Made by a program: the position numbers and the translations under genes
In this document: positions 1 to 8,007 of the stretch, one piece after another
How the letters are laid out: each line of letters begins with the position of its first letter
How positions within the stretch are numbered: position 1 is the stretch's first letter
Notes under the pieces: model-generated
Database searches by the model: none
Told to the model about the DNA's origin: nothing
Seen by the model: only the letters and a program-made list of their open reading frames with translations
NCBI GenBank assembly: GCA_965203455.1
Contig: CBDBCV010000012.1
Span: 175,911-239,910, forward strand
DNA: 64,000 nt
Direction: 5' to 3'
Origin: Alphaproteobacteria bacterium
GTDB taxonomy: Bacteria; Pseudomonadota; Alphaproteobacteria; MPNO01

Positions 1-7
1 CGACCGG

Positions 8-955
8 GTGCGCCCGCTGGCGGACGGCACGGTGACGATCGAGGGCTGCGACGCGGTCCATTTCGCGCTCGACATCCACGACATCTTCTTCCGCGCGATC
101 CGCAACCATGAGTTCGACGTGACCGAGCTCTCGTTCTCCTCCTACATGATGATGGTCGACCGGGGCGATGCGCCCTATGTCGCGATCCCGGTGTTCCTGT
201 CGCGCATGTGGCGCTATTCGGCGATCTACATCCGCACCGACCGCGGCATCCAGGCGCCGGAGGACCTCAAGGGGCGCGAGGTCGGCGTGCCGGAATACCA
301 GGTCACCGCCGCGCTCGCCGCCCGCGGCATGCTGTCGGACGAGTACGGGGTGAAGGCGTCCGACATCGTCTGGCGCACCGGCGGGATCGAGGACCCGGGC
401 CGGCCCGAGAAGGTGAGCCTCGACCTGCCGGCGGACATCGTCTGCACGCCCATCCCGGCCGACAGGAGCCTGAGCGGCATGATAGTCGCGGGCGAGCTCG
501 ACGCGATGGTCTCGCCGCTGCCGCCGTCCTGCTTCACCGGCGGGCACCCCGATATCGGCCGCCTGCTGCCGGATTACCGCGCGCTGGAGAAGGCCTATTG
601 GAACAAGACCGGCGTGCATCCGATCATGCACGTCGCGGCGATCCGCCGCGAGTTGGTGGAAGAGCACAGATGGCTCGCCAACAACGTGTTCGAGGCGTTC
701 GAGAAGGCCAAGAAGCTGACGATGCCGGGGCTGCGCAATTTCGGCGCGGTCAAGGCCACCGTGCCGTGGCTCGCCGCCGAGGTCGAGGAGACGATCGCGC
801 TGATGGGCGAGGACTACTGGCCCTACGGTATCGAGCGCAACCTAAAGTCGATCTCGACCATGACGCGCTGGTCCCGCGAGCAGGGGCTGTCGAAGCGCCT
901 GCTGACGCCGGAAGACCTGTTCGCGCCGGAGACGCTGGAGCAGTCGAAGAGCTAG
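8..955 (+). CDS. 4,5-dihydroxyphthalate decarboxylase-like / periplasmic-binding-fold protein (probably 5'-truncated by window edge)
   Basis: Motifs FDVTELSFSSY, IPVFLSR, VGVPEYQVTA, HPIMH, DYWPYG typical of this family; frame is open to the window start. Confidence 0.75.
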   Translation: MRPLADGTVTIEGCDAVHFALDIHDIFFRAIRNHEFDVTELSFSSYMMMVDRGDAPYVAIPVFLSRMWRYSAIYIRTDRGIQAPEDLKGREVGVPEYQVTAALAARGMLSDEYGVKASDIVWRTGGIEDPGRPEKVSLDLPADIVCTPIPADRSLSGMIVAGELDAMVSPLPPSCFTGGHPDIGRLLPDYRALEKAYWNKTGVHPIMHVAAIRRELVEEHRWLANNVFEAFEKAKKLTMPGLRNFGAVKATVPWLAAEVEETIALMGEDYWPYGIERNLKSISTMTRWSREQGLSKRLLTPEDLFAPETLEQSKS

Positions 956-1264
956 GGTGCGTCCTTCGATACGCCCCGGATCAAGTCCGGGGTGACAGCG
1001 CGGGGCGGAGCCCGTGTCGAAAGTCTAAACCGGACAGCAATGGACTCGTTCCGGGCATCCACGCCCCTCCGCCAGCCCGCTAACCGGCCTTATTCGTGTC
1101 ATCTTGTGACACGAATAATTCGCCGGGCCCGGCGCCGGACGGCCGTTTCCGTCCCCCGGGGACGCGGACTCGGGCGCGCCGCGAAATGAAATTGCGCGAA
1201 ACGCCCGTTTTTGTGACTTACGGCAAGTTCTTAAGAGATTGGATAGGTCAATAAGGTTGACCTT

Positions 1265-1280
1265 TGTTTCACGTGAAACA
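1265..1280. promoter_or_regulatory. parS site (perfect)
   Basis: TGTTTCACGTGAAACA, exact chromosomal parS consensus palindrome. Confidence 0.85.
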
Positions 1281-1288
1281 TTAGCGTT

Positions 1289-2098
1289 TCACGGCAGCCG
1301 CACCTGCACCTTCGACGACTTGCCGCCGTCGTCGACGAAGCGCCTGAGCGCGTCGTGGAAATAGGGGTGCTCGACCGAGACCATGACGTTCCTGATCTCG
1401 TACTCGGTCGCCTCCTCGATCGAGCGCCGCCAGCCCTGGTGGAAGCTCTCCTTGGCCATCGCCTGGAGGTGGGTCGGCGCGGCGGCGAGGTCGCGGGCGA
1501 TGGCGTCCACGTTGGCGGCGAACGCGTCCCCGGGGTAGACCCGGTTGGCGATGCCCCAGTCGAGCGCCTCCCGCGCGTCGAGGGTACGGTTGGTGATCAT
1601 CATCTCCTGCGCACGCCGAAACCCCACGATCTTCGCGAGCGAATACGAGGTGGTCGCGTCGTTGGCGAGCCCGATGGTGTGCCAGGCGCAGAGGAAGCGG
1701 GCCTGCTCGGAGCACACCACGAGGTCGGAGCAGAGCGCCATGCCGAGCCCGGAGCCCGCCGCCGCCCCGTTCACCGCCGACATCACCGGCTTCGGGATAT
1801 GGACGATCTTGTGCAGCACCAGGTGCCACCACATCGCGAGGTCGCGGAAATGGGCCGAGACCGCCGCGATTCCGTCCTCCAGCGGCGGGATCTCCCTGAG
1901 GTTGAACCCGGCGCAGAAGGCACGGCCCTCGCCGGTCAGCACGACCGCGCCGATATCGGAGTCCGCCTCGCAGGCGTTGAGCGCATCGAGCAGTTCCCTG
2001 ACGCCCTGCCCGGTGAGCGCGTTGGCGGCCTCGGGCATCGCGAAGACGATGCGCCCGACCCCATCGGCTTTCTCGAGGCGGAGGCATTCGTAGGTCAT
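1289..2098 (-). CDS. fcbB: 4-chlorobenzoyl-CoA dehalogenase (crotonase family)
   Basis: 269 aa; FCAGFNLREIP, WWH (catalytic His), CAWHTIGLANDATTSYSLA (Trp and nucleophile Asp), AAAPTHLQAMAKE match Pseudomonas CBS3-type dehalogenase as recalled. Confidence 0.9.
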   Translation of the reverse strand: MTYECLRLEKADGVGRIVFAMPEAANALTGQGVRELLDALNACEADSDIGAVVLTGEGRAFCAGFNLREIPPLEDGIAAVSAHFRDLAMWWHLVLHKIVHIPKPVMSAVNGAAAGSGLGMALCSDLVVCSEQARFLCAWHTIGLANDATTSYSLAKIVGFRRAQEMMITNRTLDAREALDWGIANRVYPGDAFAANVDAIARDLAAAPTHLQAMAKESFHQGWRRSIEEATEYEIRNVMVSVEHPYFHDALRRFVDDGGKSSKVQVRLP

Positions 2099-2121
2099 GC
2101 GATCCCCTCTCCTTGCATCCC

Positions 2122-2213
2122 GTCCCTCGATACGGCGCTGGCGCGCCTACTCGGGATGAGGGTTTCCTTTTCCCTCACCCTGAGTAGCGGCCGCAGGCCG
2201 CGTATCGAAGGGC
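2122..2213. repeat. REP-like inverted doublet, family A
   Basis: CCTCGATACG-stemloop-CTACTCGGGATGAGG followed by an inverted unit; overlaps 3' end of the hydrolase. Confidence 0.9.
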
Positions 2214-3052
2214 GCCCCCAGCCGCCGTTCGAGGAAGCCGAGGAAGGCGGCGGCGAGCTCGTCCTCGCGCGCGTCCCAGATCTCCAGCGGGTACATCTCG
2301 ACTTCGTGTTGCACGTGAAACATCTCGAACAGCTCGGCGTCGGGCATCAGGCGCTGGGCGCGGCGGCCGGTCTCCATCGGGTGGATCCAGTCGCAGCCGG
2401 GGATGACGACGACCGGCACGCCGATCGAGGCGAGGTCCGCGTCGGTCGCGCCGATCACCGGCAGGTCCGCGCCTTCGAGGAAGTAGCGCCGCCAGCGCTC
2501 CATGGCCGCGACGAAGGTTTCGACCTCCATCGCCATCAGCCGGCCGCGGTTGGCCGGGTTGGCGTCGATGACCTCGGCGAAATGCTCGGTCTCCGCGACC
2601 GCCGCCATGCCGCCCGCCCGCGCGGCCTCGATGAACTGGGTGTAGTAGTTGAAGGCGAGCCGTTCCGACGCGTAGCCGCCGCCGGTGACCCGCCAGAGCA
2701 GGAGCGCGCGCACGCTCTCGGGATGACGCAGATAGAACAGGATCGAGGTCCGGCAGCCCGACGACGAGCCGCCGAGTATCACCGGCAGCGCGCCGAGCGC
2801 GCCCAGCAGCGCATGCAGGTCGTCGGCCCACTGCTCGTATTCCGAGTTGGCGCCGTCGATGGCGAGCGCCGACGCGCCGCAGTTCCGCCGGTCGTGGATG
2901 ACCACCCGGTAGCCCGCCTCCGCCATGCGCCCGGCGAGCGAGCGCACCGCCGCCATCGAGCGCCGCCCGCCCGGCATCAGCGCGACCCACGGGCCGGAAT
3001 CGCCGACGATCTCGTAGTTGATGTCGACGCCCCGGACCGTCATGCGCGGCAT
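2147..3052 (-). CDS. alpha/beta hydrolase
   Basis: Start MPRMTVRG coupled to hcrB stop (TGATG); HDRRNCG and GGSSSG nucleophile-elbow-like motifs. Confidence 0.85.
   Translation of the reverse strand: MPRMTVRGVDINYEIVGDSGPWVALMPGGRRSMAAVRSLAGRMAEAGYRVVIHDRRNCGASALAIDGANSEYEQWADDLHALLGALGALPVILGGSSSGCRTSILFYLRHPESVRALLLWRVTGGGYASERLAFNYYTQFIEAARAGGMAAVAETEHFAEVIDANPANRGRLMAMEVETFVAAMERWRRYFLEGADLPVIGATDADLASIGVPVVVIPGCDWIHPMETGRRAQRLMPDAELFEMFHVQHEVEMYPLEIWDAREDELAAAFLGFLERRLGAPFDTRPAAATQGEGKGNPHPE
2307..2322. promoter_or_regulatory. parS site inside hydrolase CDS
   Basis: TGTTGCACGTGAAACA fits TGTTNCACGTGAAACA. Confidence 0.7.
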
Positions 3053-4032
3053 CAAGCGCCCTCCCCGGTGAGGTCCGAAACGAGCCTGCGCGCCATCGCG
3101 CCGACCACCCGGCGGCGGTACCAGGGCTGGACCGTGGTGGTCCGCATCGGCTTCGCTTGCGTCCGCACCGTGTCGCGCAGCGTGTCGAGCTCGTCGTCGC
3201 CGAGCGGGCCGCCGACGAAAGACTCGATCTTCCCGACCCGGTGCGGATAGGGGTTGACCGCGGTCAGCGCGATGTCGAGCGAGGCGACCCTGCCGCCCTC
3301 CATCGCGAGCGCAACTGCGACGCCCGCCAGCGGGAAGTCGATCGAGCCCCGGATGCGCGACTTGCGGTAGCCCGACGGGATCCCCGCGCCCGCCTTCGGC
3401 AAATGGAGCGCCACCAGCAGCTCGCCGTCTTCGAGCGCGAGATGGTCCATCCCGTCGTTGCGGTAGAGCGCGTCGAGCTTCACCCGGCGCCGTCCCTCGG
3501 CGGAGGCGAGCGTGACCTCGGCGCCGTGCACCAGCGCCGCCGGCGCGAGGTCGCCCGAGAAGGCGGCGAAGCAGCGCTTGCCGCCCGGCGCGACGTGGCA
3601 CACCTCGCCCCGGTGCTTGAGGCAGTAGTCGTTCGACTTCCGCCACCATTCGCTCTGGTTGTAGAACAGGCAGCGCGTGTCGAGGCAGAGATTGCCGCCC
3701 ACCGTGCCGTAGTTGCGGTGGGTGGGTCCCGCGACCTCGGCGGCGGCCTCGGCGACCGCGCGGTAGCCCCGCCCGACCGCCTCGTGCGCCGCGACGGCCG
3801 ACAGCGGCACCGCGGCGCCGATATCGATCCCGTCCGGCCCGGCGGCGATCTCGTTGAGCTCCTCGATTCCTGTCAGATCGACCAGCGCGGCGGGCTGCTC
3901 GATGCCGCGGCGGATGTTGACCACCATGTCGGTGCCGCCGGCGAGGTACTTCGCGCCCTCTTCCGCGCGCAGCCGGACCGCGTCCTCGACCGTATCCGGC
4001 CGCTCCAGGGTCATCGCGGGCATCAGCTCCAT
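3052..4032 (-). CDS. hcrB: 4-hydroxybenzoyl-CoA reductase beta subunit (FAD, [4Fe-4S])
   Basis: AGGTD and TVGGNLCLDTRC..WWR..CLK..CH..C Cys-rich insert diagnostic of HcrB/HbaD. Confidence 0.9.
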   Translation of the reverse strand: MELMPAMTLERPDTVEDAVRLRAEEGAKYLAGGTDMVVNIRRGIEQPAALVDLTGIEELNEIAAGPDGIDIGAAVPLSAVAAHEAVGRGYRAVAEAAAEVAGPTHRNYGTVGGNLCLDTRCLFYNQSEWWRKSNDYCLKHRGEVCHVAPGGKRCFAAFSGDLAPAALVHGAEVTLASAEGRRRVKLDALYRNDGMDHLALEDGELLVALHLPKAGAGIPSGYRKSRIRGSIDFPLAGVAVALAMEGGRVASLDIALTAVNPYPHRVGKIESFVGGPLGDDELDTLRDTVRTQAKPMRTTTVQPWYRRRVVGAMARRLVSDLTGEGA

Positions 4033-6380
4033 CAGGCGTCTCCCCCGCCCGCGCGCGCCGCGACCCGGCGGTCGGTCTCCTGCTTCTCCAGGAGCGCCAT
4101 CAGCCGGTCCGGCGTCAGCGGCAGCTCGGTCGCGCGGACCCCGACGGCGTCGGCCACCGCGCTCGCCAGCGCCGGCAGGAAGTTGGCGAGCGAGGTCTCG
4201 CCCGCCTCCTTGGCGCCGAACGGGCCGTGGGGATCGGCGCTCTCGACGATATGGGTCTCGATGGGGGGCGACTCGACGATGGTCGGCACGCGATAATCCA
4301 GCATGTTGCCGGTGATGCCGAGCCCGTCATGGTAGCGGGTCTCCTCCGACAGCGCCTGGCCCATCCCCATCCAGACCGAGCCCTCGATCTGGCCCTCGAC
4401 CGAGAGCGGGTTGAGCGCCTTGCCGCAATCGTGCGCGACCCAGACCTTGTCGACCCTGATCTCGCAGGTCTCGGGGTCGACCTCGACCTCGCAGACCAGC
4501 GCCGAATAGGCGAACGCCATGGTGCCGCCGATCGCCGCACCCCGGTATTTCCGCCCGCCCCAGGATTCCGGGATGGTGTCGAAGGTGCCCTTGACGGCGA
4601 GCGTCCCGGTGCCTTCGAGGGCGGCCATCACGACTTCCTTCCAGCTCAGCCCCTCGTCCTGGGTGCCGGCGCGGTAGACGTCGCCCAGGCACTCGACGTC
4701 CTCGGGCCGAACCTCCAGCTTCCGCGCCGCCGCCTCGATCAGCAGCGCCTTCAGGTTGTTCGCCGCGTCGATGGCGGCGTTGCCCACCATGTAGGTGACG
4801 CGCGACGAATACGACCCGTTGTCCTTGGGCGTCAGCGCGCTGTCCGACGCGACGACGTTGATCCGCGAGATATCGATCCCGAGGACCTCTGCGACGCATT
4901 GCGCGAGCACCGTCGATGAGCCCTGGCCGATCTCGGCGGCGCCGGTCAGCAGCGTCACCGAGGCGTCCCAGTCGACCCGGAGGTGGATCGTCGCGTGCGG
5001 CTCGCCGGTCCAGTGCTTGGGCTTCGACGCGCCCGAGATGTAGTGCGAGCACGCCATGCCGAGCCCGCGGTTCGGGCCGAGCCTGCCCTTGCGCGCCTTC
5101 CAGCCGGACGCCTCCTCGACGATGTCGAGGCATTCGGGCAGCCCGTAGGAGTTCACCATCAGATCGTTGGCGGTGAAGCCCGGCGCGGTCATCAGGTTGG
5201 CGCGGCGGACCACGAACGGATCGAGGCCGAGCTCGTCCGCCATCGCGTCCATCAGGCTCTCGAAGGCGAAGCGGATATTGACCGTGCCGTGGCCCCGGAA
5301 CGCGCCCGGCGGCGGCATGTTGGTCAGCACCCGGAAGCCCTTGTACTTGACGTTCTCCAGATCGTAGATCGCGAACAGCATCGAGCCGTTGTAGAGGATG
5401 GTGACGATGCCGTAGCCCGAATAGCCGCCGGCGCGGTGCACCGACTCGCACTCGACGGCGGTGATCCTGCCTTCCCGGGTCATGCCGATCTTCAGCTTGA
5501 CCGCGGTCTCCTGGCGTCCGCGGTGGGTGATGAAGGTCTCCTCCCGGCTCAGCACCAGGCGGACCGTGCCGCGCGCCTTGCGGGCCAAGAGCGCCGCGAC
5601 CAGCTCGACGTGCAGCGCCTCGGTGCGGCAGCCGAACCCGCCGCCGACATGGGGCTTGATCACGCGGATGTCGGACTGCTCCATGCCGAGCGTGCGCGCC
5701 AGCATCAGGTGGACGTAGTAGGGCACCTGGGTCGAGGCGCGGACGGTCATCCTGCCGCGGCCCGAATCGTATTCGGCCTGGGCGGCGTGGGGCTCGCTCT
5801 GGACCTGGCAGACCTCGCCCAGCTGGTAGATGTCCTCGCGCACCAGGTCGGCGGCGGCGAAGCCCGCCCCGGTGTCGCCAATCTCGAAGTCGACCTCGCG
5901 CTCGATATTGCCCGGCCGTTCCTCGTGGAGCTGGACCGCGTCGTCGGCCCGCGCCTCCTCGGCGGTGAAGTAGGCCGGCAATTCCTCGTACGCGACCTCG
6001 ATCAGGTCGAGCGCGCGTTGCGCCGTCGCGGTGTCCTCGGCGGCGACCGCCGCCACCGCCTCGCCGCGGTAGCGCACCCGGTCGCGGGCGAGCGCGTACT
6101 CGTTCATCGCGATGGGGAGGACGCCGAACGTGTCGGCGCAGTCCGCGCCGGTGACCACGGCATGCACGCCCGGCAGCGCCTCCGCCTTCGAGGTGTCGAT
6201 GCCGACGATCCGCGCATGCGCCACCGGGCTCCGCAGGATCCGCCCGGTCAGCTCCTCCTGCGCGATGAAGTCGGCGGTGTAGAGCGCCTTGCCCGAAACC
6301 TTCTCGGGCCCGTCGACCAGCGGCATCGGCACGCCGATCGACTGTACCGGCGCCGGCGCGGCTCCCGTCGCGTCGCTCAT
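4032..6380 (-). CDS. hcrA: 4-hydroxybenzoyl-CoA reductase alpha subunit (molybdopterin)
   Basis: Xanthine oxidase family: [43 protein letters not shown]; ATG at 6380 overlaps hcrC stop. Confidence 0.9.
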   Translation of the reverse strand: MSDATGAAPAPVQSIGVPMPLVDGPEKVSGKALYTADFIAQEELTGRILRSPVAHARIVGIDTSKAEALPGVHAVVTGADCADTFGVLPIAMNEYALARDRVRYRGEAVAAVAAEDTATAQRALDLIEVAYEELPAYFTAEEARADDAVQLHEERPGNIEREVDFEIGDTGAGFAAADLVREDIYQLGEVCQVQSEPHAAQAEYDSGRGRMTVRASTQVPYYVHLMLARTLGMEQSDIRVIKPHVGGGFGCRTEALHVELVAALLARKARGTVRLVLSREETFITHRGRQETAVKLKIGMTREGRITAVECESVHRAGGYSGYGIVTILYNGSMLFAIYDLENVKYKGFRVLTNMPPPGAFRGHGTVNIRFAFESLMDAMADELGLDPFVVRRANLMTAPGFTANDLMVNSYGLPECLDIVEEASGWKARKGRLGPNRGLGMACSHYISGASKPKHWTGEPHATIHLRVDWDASVTLLTGAAEIGQGSSTVLAQCVAEVLGIDISRINVVASDSALTPKDNGSYSSRVTYMVGNAAIDAANNLKALLIEAAARKLEVRPEDVECLGDVYRAGTQDEGLSWKEVVMAALEGTGTLAVKGTFDTIPESWGGRKYRGAAIGGTMAFAYSALVCEVEVDPETCEIRVDKVWVAHDCGKALNPLSVEGQIEGSVWMGMGQALSEETRYHDGLGITGNMLDYRVPTIVESPPIETHIVESADPHGPFGAKEAGETSLANFLPALASAVADAVGVRATELPLTPDRLMALLEKQETDRRVAARAGGGDA

Positions 6381-6862
6381 GCCGCTTCCTCCCGGCCCGC
6401 GATCTCGTCGGCGGCGGCGCGCACCGCCTCGATGATCTTGATGTAGCCCGTGCAGCGGCAGATGTTGGCCGCCATCCCGTCGCGGATCGCGCCCTCGTCC
6501 GGGTCCGGCTCGGCGCGCAGCAGCCCCTCCGCCGCCATGATCATGCCCGGCGTGCAGAACCCGCACTGGGCGCCGAGTTTCACGTGAAACCCCCGCTGGA
6601 TCGCCGACAGCCGCCCCGAGGTTTCCAGCGACTCGATCGTCTCGACCCGCGCATCCTGGCAGGAGTTCGCGAGCGTCAGGCAGGAATGGCGCGGCCGGTC
6701 GTCGACCAGCACCGTGCAGGCGCCGCACTCGCCGCCGTCGCAGCCGATCTTGGTGCCGGTCAGCCCCGCGACCTCGCGCAGATAGTCCACCAGCAGCATG
6801 TTGTCGGCGACCACGTCGTCGCGCCGCCGCCCGTTGAGCGTCAGGGACAGTACGGTCTTCAT
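6377..6862 (-). CDS. hcrC: 4-hydroxybenzoyl-CoA reductase gamma subunit (2x[2Fe-2S])
   Basis: [28 protein letters not shown]. Confidence 0.9.
   Translation of the reverse strand: MKTVLSLTLNGRRRDDVVADNMLLVDYLREVAGLTGTKIGCDGGECGACTVLVDDRPRHSCLTLANSCQDARVETIESLETSGRLSAIQRGFHVKLGAQCGFCTPGMIMAAEGLLRAEPDPDEGAIRDGMAANICRCTGYIKIIEAVRAAADEIAGREEAA
6576..6591. promoter_or_regulatory. parS-like site inside hcrC
   Basis: aGTTTCACGTGAAACc, perfect 14-bp core. Confidence 0.7.
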
Positions 6863-6907
6863 GCCTCCCCCTTTGCCGGTCGTGGCATTAATGTGACCAC
6901 AGCAATA

Positions 6908-6931
6908 ATTGACTTGAACAACAATGTCAAT
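6908..6931. promoter_or_regulatory. Candidate operator in divergent promoter region
   Basis: ATTGAC-N12-GTCAAT inverted repeat in AT-rich gap between hcrC and GIY-YIG/MarR. Confidence 0.5.
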
Positions 6932-6941
6932 GTAGATTCGG

Positions 6942-7049
6942 GTCCTTCGATACGCCCGCCCGAGGCGGGCTGCTCAGGATGAGGGGAAAGGAAGGCCCTC
7001 ATCCCGAGTAGGCGCGCCAGCGCCGTATCGAGGGACCGTATCGAGGGAC
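6942..7049. repeat. REP-like doublet family A upstream of GIY-YIG, with 13-bp terminal duplication
   Basis: GTCCTTCGATACG...CTCAGGATGAGG / CCTCATCCCGAGTAG...CGTATCGAGGGAC, then CGTATCGAGGGAC repeated. Confidence 0.9.
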
Positions 7050-7053
7050 GCCG

Positions 7054-7890
7054 TTGGAACCCGTATTCGTCTACATCCTGCGCTGCGCCGACGGGAGCTT
7101 CTATTGCGGCACCACCCGCAAGTCTCCGGAGGCCCGCGTCCACGAGCACAACGGCGGCGCGCTCGCGGGTTACACCGCGACCCGGCGGCCGGTCGAACTG
7201 GTCTGGCACGAGACGTTTCAGCGGGTCGAGGATGCCATCGCCATGGAACGGCGGATCAAGGGCTGGTCGCGGCGCAAGAAGATCGCGCTGATCGAAGGCG
7301 ACTGGGACGGGTTGACGAGGGCGGCGCGGAAGCGGTCCTTCGATACGCCCCCTGCGGGGGCTACTCAGGATGAGGGGAGAGGAAGGCCCTCATCCCGAGT
7401 AGGCGCGGAGCGCCGTATCGAGGGACCGGCCGAGGGCAACCCGCCCAGCCTCGGCATCCTGCCCGGCCTGCTGGGCTATCAGCTGCGCCATGCCAACCTG
7501 AAGGTGGTGGGCGGGTTCGCGGAGCGGATCGCGCCGCACAACGTCACCGCGGCGCAGTTCGGCCTGCTGGTCCTGGTCGCCGCCAACCCGGGCGCGACCC
7601 AGGCGGCGCTCGCCCGCGCCTTCGGGACCGACCGCTCGGTGATGGTGCGGCTGATCGACCGGCTGGAGGCCGCCGGGCTGGTCGACCGGCGCGCGCGGGA
7701 GGGCGACCGGCGGTCCAACGCGATCGTGCTCACCGAACGCGGCGCGGCGCTGCTGGAGACGCTGAAGCGCGAGGTCCGCGCCTTCGAGGACCGGGTGACG
7801 GCCTGCCTCACCGCCGGGGAGACCGGGACCCTGCTCGCCCTCCTGCGGCGCATCAACGCCGCGGCCGACGGGCGGGAGAAGCGGGAATGA
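7054..7890 (+). CDS. GIY-YIG (UPF0213-like) nuclease fused through a repeat-encoded linker to a MarR regulator
   Basis: aa 1-94 FVYILRCADGSFYCG..R..EH..E..IKGWSRRKK; C-terminal LLGYQLR..RLIDRLEAAGLV.R..DRRS..LTERG winged helix; TTG start. Confidence 0.8.
   Translation: MEPVFVYILRCADGSFYCGTTRKSPEARVHEHNGGALAGYTATRRPVELVWHETFQRVEDAIAMERRIKGWSRRKKIALIEGDWDGLTRAARKRSFDTPPAGATQDEGRGRPSSRVGAERRIEGPAEGNPPSLGILPGLLGYQLRHANLKVVGGFAERIAPHNVTAAQFGLLVLVAANPGATQAALARAFGTDRSVMVRLIDRLEAAGLVDRRAREGDRRSNAIVLTERGAALLETLKREVRAFEDRVTACLTAGETGTLLALLRRINAAADGREKRE
7335..7426. repeat. REP-like doublet family A downstream of GIY-YIG domain
   Basis: Near-direct repeat of 6942-7036 with different internal stem-loops. 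Confidence 0.9.
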
Positions 7891-7992
7891 GGACCTGGCG
7901 CGCCCGGTTCTTCGCCGCGTGGTCGCAATGCGACGCGGCCGGCATCGTCTTCTATCCGCACGCCTATGTCTGGTTCGACGAGGCGACCGAGA
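7887..7992 (+). pseudogene. 4-hydroxybenzoyl-CoA thioesterase-family gene, 5' fragment cut by IS66
   Basis: MRTWRARFFAAWSQCDAAGIVFYPHAYVWFDEATE has the 4HBT D-x-x-GIV-x-Y motif; followed directly by GTAAGCG IS66 end. Confidence 0.75.
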
Positions 7993-8007
7993 GTAAGCGC
8001 CGCGCGG

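Noticed and set aside
1355-3250. Long antisense or alternate-frame ORFs (also 13720-16128, 45370-47094, 49274-51730 upstream part and many others)
   Set aside because: Arg/Gly/Pro-rich shadows of real genes, expected at this GC content.
6942-7426. Repeats as a CRISPR array
   Set aside because: Units are inverted doublets dispersed over the window, not regularly spaced direct repeats; no cas genes.
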